Below the pieces are notes generated by a model. That model ran no database searches and was not told the origin of the DNA. It saw nothing but the letters and a program-made list of their open reading frames with translations. From IMG/VR virus record IMGVR_UViG_3300029922_000049: a DNA stretch of 20,000 nucleotides. One strand, 5' to 3'. Shown here piece by piece: positions 16,278 to 20,000 of this stretch. Origin of the DNA: an uncultured virus (IMG/VR IMGVR_UViG_3300029922_000049). Its lineage: Duplodnaviria > Heunggongvirae > Uroviricota > Caudoviricetes. Both the position numbers and the translations under genes were made by a program. Each line of letters begins with the position of its first letter. Position 1 is the stretch's first letter.

Positions 16278-16300
16278 ATACTATTTTATTTTTATTATTG

Positions 16301-16558
16301 TTATAATAGATTTAATCTAATTAGTTTTTCTTTTCTTTGAAATTTTTTAAATTTATTAATAGTTAAAAATTGACTACTTAATGGTTTAATATCTTGATGC
16401 TTTATATCAGAGTTAACATATATATGTTCTAATTTAGTTATTTTTCCAATATAAACATATAAGACTTTATATGTTTTTCCAATTGTTAAATATCTTTCAT
16501 ATCCATTATCATTTAAAATGCAGATAACGTTATCATCTATTGAATATTTATATTGCAT
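16301..16558 (-). CDS. Small SH3/KOW-like protein with RxxKLxxL tail
   Basis: DDNVICILN...LTIGKTYKV; tail RKEKLIRL. Confidence 0.7.
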   Translation of the reverse strand: MQYKYSIDDNVICILNDNGYERYLTIGKTYKVLYVYIGKITKLEHIYVNSDIKHQDIKPLSSQFLTINKFKKFQRKEKLIRLNLL

Positions 16559-16812
16559 AATTTATTAAGTTTTTTTAACTTATCAAGTCTTTGTTTTTTA
16601 TTAAAATCATTGAGTGATAAAAACAAATCACAAAATACAGTTAATGTATAACTATTACTATTTGATTGAATAATAACTTGATATTTATTAATATTAGTAT
16701 TACAATGAATTCCAATAATTTTATATGATCTTCCAATAGTTAATATATTTGGATAACTACTATTATTTATACATACTATTTCATCACCTTGATTCCAACC
16801 GTTATTATTCAT
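16537..16812 (-). CDS. Small SH3/KOW-like protein with RxxKLxxL tail
   Basis: GDEIVCINN...LTIGRSYKI; tail RLDKLKKL. Confidence 0.7.
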   Translation of the reverse strand: MNNNGWNQGDEIVCINNSSYPNILTIGRSYKIIGIHCNTNINKYQVIIQSNSNSYTLTVFCDLFLSLNDFNKKQRLDKLKKLNKLCNINIQ

Positions 16813-17062
16813 TCCAACCTAATTTATTAAGTTTTTCTATCCGTTTTTCTCTTAATCTCTGTATCTTCCATTCTCTTGATTCAGTAATAATTGATGTTGT
16901 TGTAGACATTATATAAGGAACAAATATATAACCTTGCTCTAATAATCCAGTTGAACCAGAAATAATGTCATTTGTATTATAACTTGATGAAAGTGTATTA
17001 TAATAACTTGATGATATTGTAGTTATACTATATCTTGATTTTACTGTTTTAATTGAATTCAA
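16805..17062 (-). CDS. Ser/Thr-rich protein with a GYIFVPYI motif and RxxKLxxL tail
   Basis: 85-aa ORF; tail RIEKLNKL. Confidence 0.6.
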   Translation of the reverse strand: MNSIKTVKSRYSITTISSSYYNTLSSSYNTNDIISGSTGLLEQGYIFVPYIMSTTTSIITESREWKIQRLREKRIEKLNKLGWNE

Positions 17063-17499
17063 TCTCTATACATTAATTTTTTATTGTAGTATATACTACT
17101 ACATGTACCTTGACCATATGTCAAAGCAAATTGCCAACCGTTATATTCACAGATATCAGACGGAAAATGACTTGTAAAATCATCAATAGATTCTGTTATT
17201 TCAGTTCCTTCTTTTTCTGCTAAATCAAACAATGAGTATAATAGTTGAGTTGGATATGGTGTACAACCATTTTTGTAACATTTGTCCCTCCATTCTTCTC
17301 CATTTTTGCTTATTATTCTATTGACTAAAGAATCAAAAGTTTCTTGATCATTGAACATTTTTTTAATTCTTTCGATATTAATATTATTTTGATCATCTTC
17401 TAATTGTAATTTTTCTCGGAACTCACGAATACTTTCTTCACCCTCAGGAGTTTTTAAAAACTCTAAATATTCTTCTAATTTTTCTGTAACACTTGACAT
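17059..17499 (-). CDS. Hypothetical protein
   Basis: 146-aa ORF coupled to the next gene (ATGA overlap). Confidence 0.7.
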   Translation of the reverse strand: MSSVTEKLEEYLEFLKTPEGEESIREFREKLQLEDDQNNINIERIKKMFNDQETFDSLVNRIISKNGEEWRDKCYKNGCTPYPTQLLYSLFDLAEKEGTEITESIDDFTSHFPSDICEYNGWQFALTYGQGTCSSIYYNKKLMYRD

Positions 17500-17531
17500 A
17501 ATATTATATTTATTTATTTATTTATTTATTT

Positions 17532-17843
17532 TTATTCAAACCACAATCTAAAATGATTAGTAGTTTCTTCTGAAAACTCACTTGGATGTTTTGAAAAAAT
17601 TAACATCATTAGACTTTTATAGTCTGTTTTTTCTGTTGTTTCAATATATACAGTACAAGTATAATCTTTTTTTGACTCCATATCAAAAAGAATTTCTGAT
17701 ACTCCAAAATTAACAAGTAGTGTACAGAAAATTGCGGTATCTCTACTACTCCAATCAAGAATATTCATGGATGTAGTGTAATCAAACTCAACTAATTCTC
17801 CGTAATAATCTCCGTATTTTTCACTTTTATGTACTACTATCAT
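17532..17843 (-). CDS. Hypothetical protein
   Basis: 103-aa ORF ending RLWFE. Confidence 0.7.
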   Translation of the reverse strand: MIVVHKSEKYGDYYGELVEFDYTTSMNILDWSSRDTAIFCTLLVNFGVSEILFDMESKKDYTCTVYIETTEKTDYKSLMMLIFSKHPSEFSEETTNHFRLWFE

Positions 17844-17868
17844 AATATTATAATTTTTATTGTTTAAC

Positions 17869-18129
17869 TTATTCTATTATAGTTTCATTTATTTTATTTA
17901 ATTTTTCTTTTCTTAATATAATATTTGCTTTATTGTAATATTTTTCATAATAAAGTTTCCTGAAATAAAACCATTTTTGATTAGGTGGCTCATATTCCAT
18001 ATTTGACATATATAATTGAGAATCTTTGTAGTCATGTACATAATATTGTACAAATAGATAATATGCTATATCATCAAATATTGTAGAGTTTTTTAAATTC
18101 CAATATCCCCATCCTTTATCTATAATCAT
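17869..18129 (-). CDS. Tyr-rich hypothetical protein with RxxKLxxI tail
   Basis: Tail RKEKLNKI. Confidence 0.65.
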   Translation of the reverse strand: MIIDKGWGYWNLKNSTIFDDIAYYLFVQYYVHDYKDSQLYMSNMEYEPPNQKWFYFRKLYYEKYYNKANIILRKEKLNKINETIIE

Positions 18130-18519
18130 TTAAAATTCTACTGTATTTATCATTCTTAAATATAATGGTAATTTTTGATGTAATTCTTTTCTATATTGAG
18201 TAAATATATCATTTATATTTAAAAAATCTTTTTTATCAATTATTTTTACTAAATAATAGTTATATTTAATTGACCATTGTCCTAAAGTATTATCAATATA
18301 TGTATTATTTTTAGATATATTAATAAAATGAATAAAACATGAGTCATCATTTATACATATGCACATTCCTAATGTCGATTGATTGCTACTTAATGCATCA
18401 TTAACAGCATTCATTTGGCATCTAAAATTATATCTACATCTACCACTTTTTACGTTTATTTTTTTACCAGTACTAATAGCATAATTTTTAATAAGACTTG
18501 TTGATTTTTTATCTAGCAT
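18130..18519 (-). CDS. Hypothetical protein
   Basis: 129-aa ORF; CQMNA...HFIN...IDNT could be a Cys-His-Asp triad (unverified). Confidence 0.65.
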   Translation of the reverse strand: MLDKKSTSLIKNYAISTGKKINVKSGRCRYNFRCQMNAVNDALSSNQSTLGMCICINDDSCFIHFINISKNNTYIDNTLGQWSIKYNYYLVKIIDKKDFLNINDIFTQYRKELHQKLPLYLRMINTVEF

Positions 18520-18529
18520 AATATATTAT

Positions 18530-19090
18530 TTATAAATTATTTAAATCTTTCGGAATTGGTTTTAAATGCCAAAATCCGTTATCATCAATTGTAAAACTTT
18601 CTGGTTTCATAGGAGAATATCCCCAAGTACAGAAACCATTACATTCGATATTTTCACAAGTATTTGTAAACTTATTTTCTACTCCCCATTCTTGCCCGCA
18701 TAAAACACAAATTAATTTTTTATCTGATATATCATTTTCTTCGTTATCAATTTGTTTTAATTTATCTCTTCTCTCATATTTTATTGAATATATAAATCTT
18801 TTAATTGTGCACCATACTTTTTTATTGTTATCATTTAAAACTTTTATTTTACCAATATTATGATCTAATATATTATATGATTTACCAATAGTTAAATTAC
18901 ATCCTTTAATTGATGGATCATAATATCTTTTATTGTTTTCATTACAATACCGTTCAGTTTCAAAGCATATAACAGTTTTACCTATTATACAAAATTTATC
19001 TGTAAGTATGCATCTTTTTAATATTTTTCTTTTTTCAAATTGATCTTTTTCTAAAAAATCTTGACTATTTAACCACTGCTGAAGTATCAT
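18530..19090 (-). CDS. Fusion of an SH3/KOW-like domain, an internal RxxKLxxI motif and a Cys-rich Zn-finger domain
   Basis: GKTVICF...LTIGKSYNI, RRDKLKQI, then CVLCG...CENIEC. Confidence 0.65.
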   Translation of the reverse strand: MILQQWLNSQDFLEKDQFEKRKILKRCILTDKFCIIGKTVICFETERYCNENNKRYYDPSIKGCNLTIGKSYNILDHNIGKIKVLNDNNKKVWCTIKRFIYSIKYERRDKLKQIDNEENDISDKKLICVLCGQEWGVENKFTNTCENIECNGFCTWGYSPMKPESFTIDDNGFWHLKPIPKDLNNL

Positions 19091-19301
19091 ATAATTTCTT
19101 TAATTTTTCTTTTCTAAGATATTGATCATCTAATTTAGTATAATTATCAATTGATATCGTGCACCATTTCGTAATTTTTTTATTTGACCTGCATGTTAGA
19201 CAATATTCATATTCATTATTCAAAATACTTATAATTTCGATTTTAAAAATGTTTCCAACTACAATGTTTCCAACTACAATATCTCCTACTTTATATTTCA
19301 T
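19065..19301 (-). CDS. Small KOW-like protein with RxxKLxxL tail
   Basis: MKYKVGDIV; tail RKEKLKKL. Confidence 0.65.
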   Translation of the reverse strand: MKYKVGDIVVGNIVVGNIFKIEIISILNNEYEYCLTCRSNKKITKWCTISIDNYTKLDDQYLRKEKLKKLYDTSAVVK

Positions 19302-19503
19302 ATAATTTATTTAATTTTTCTTTTCTTAAATATTTAATATCTATTAGATATGAATTATAATCTAAATATTCAGAATCAATATAAGTGCGACGTGATTCTG
19401 TTAAATATACTACTACATAATACAATGAAATTTCACCAATTTCTATTATTTTTAATTTAATATCATTATTAAGCAATACAATATCATTAATTTTATATTT
19501 CAT
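19291..19503 (-). CDS. Small KOW-like protein with RxxKLxxL tail
   Basis: MKYKINDIV; tail RKEKLNKL. Confidence 0.65.
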   Translation of the reverse strand: MKYKINDIVLLNNDIKLKIIEIGEISLYYVVVYLTESRRTYIDSEYLDYNSYLIDIKYLRKEKLNKLYEI

Positions 19504-19999
19504 TTAATTGTTTCAATTTTAATGCTCTTATATCTTTTTTAGAAAAAATATTTAAATTTGTTTTATTAATGATATATGAAAATAATTTATTTTTCATCAA
19601 CACAGATCTATTATTAAGAGATACTGATTGTATGACTTTTTCAATATCAACTCTTTCTCCGTACTCTTCATTAATAAAAATATTATTATTATCAAAATCA
19701 TATTCTAATGTTATATATATGTCATATATTGGTTCTCCATACATATTATGTTTATCACTTTCTAAATAAACCCCTACAATTTTGTCAAATTCATTAGATA
19801 AATAACCTATATATTCTTGTAGAAGAACGTTTAAAAAATCATCTTCAGTATAATCTCCGATATGCCTACGTAAAAAATTTTCAATAAACCATTTTTCAGG
19901 ATCAACTCCCGTTTCAGATGCAATGTTATCTATTATTTTAAGTTGAAATTCAACTTTACTACTTATCCAATTGTTAAATATAGTTTCAAATGATTTCAT
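19493..19999 (-). CDS. Hypothetical protein with RxxKLxxL tail
   Basis: 168-aa ORF at the window edge; tail RALKLKQL. Confidence 0.65.
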   Translation of the reverse strand: MKSFETIFNNWISSKVEFQLKIIDNIASETGVDPEKWFIENFLRRHIGDYTEDDFLNVLLQEYIGYLSNEFDKIVGVYLESDKHNMYGEPIYDIYITLEYDFDNNNIFINEEYGERVDIEKVIQSVSLNNRSVLMKNKLFSYIINKTNLNIFSKKDIRALKLKQLNEI

Positions 20000-20000
20000 A

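Noticed and set aside
2576..19769. Antisense or overlapping ORFs in the track (2576, 6771, 7384, 8516, 9505, 10096, 10370, 10380, 19569)
   Set aside because: Shadows of better-supported genes, with Phe/Ile/Leu/Ser-rich composition typical of AT-rich antisense or off-frame translation.
2602..19999. Shared tail as a DNA-level repeat or translational-coupling signal
   Set aside because: Synonymous codons differ between copies, the motif is always in frame, and it also occurs where the next gene does not overlap.
1..20000. Stop-codon reassignment as seen in some large gut phages
   Set aside because: LigA, ClpP, TnpB and the MTase are full-length in the standard code, coding density is high, and TAG and TGA both end tightly packed genes.

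Overview
A very AT-rich, gene-dense segment that reads like a large (jumbo-type) phage of a Bacteroidota host. Most genes are on the minus strand, and repeated TTTG-N19/20-TATCTTTG promoters match the Bacteroidota primary-sigma consensus. Recognisable genes are an SPFH lipoprotein, an N6-adenine methyltransferase, a solo TnpB, ClpP, a divergent ribbon-helix-helix pair with a 7-repeat GIY-YIG nuclease, an NAD-dependent ligase, a HAD-like protein and a peptide deformylase homologue lacking its catalytic Glu. Two signals stand out. (1) Fourteen proteins, many of them unrelated, share an R-x-x-K-L-x-x-[LI] motif (13 at the C-terminus, 1 at an internal domain junction), which suggests a phage-wide peptide tag or docking system. 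(2) A ~430-bp non-coding, hairpin-rich insertion (13577-14011) with its own putative promoter splits a gene whose frame is restored by excision at a shared CG dinucleotide; it is a candidate non-autonomous, omegaRNA-carrying IS607-like element. All calls come from reading the sequence by eye; no searches were run.
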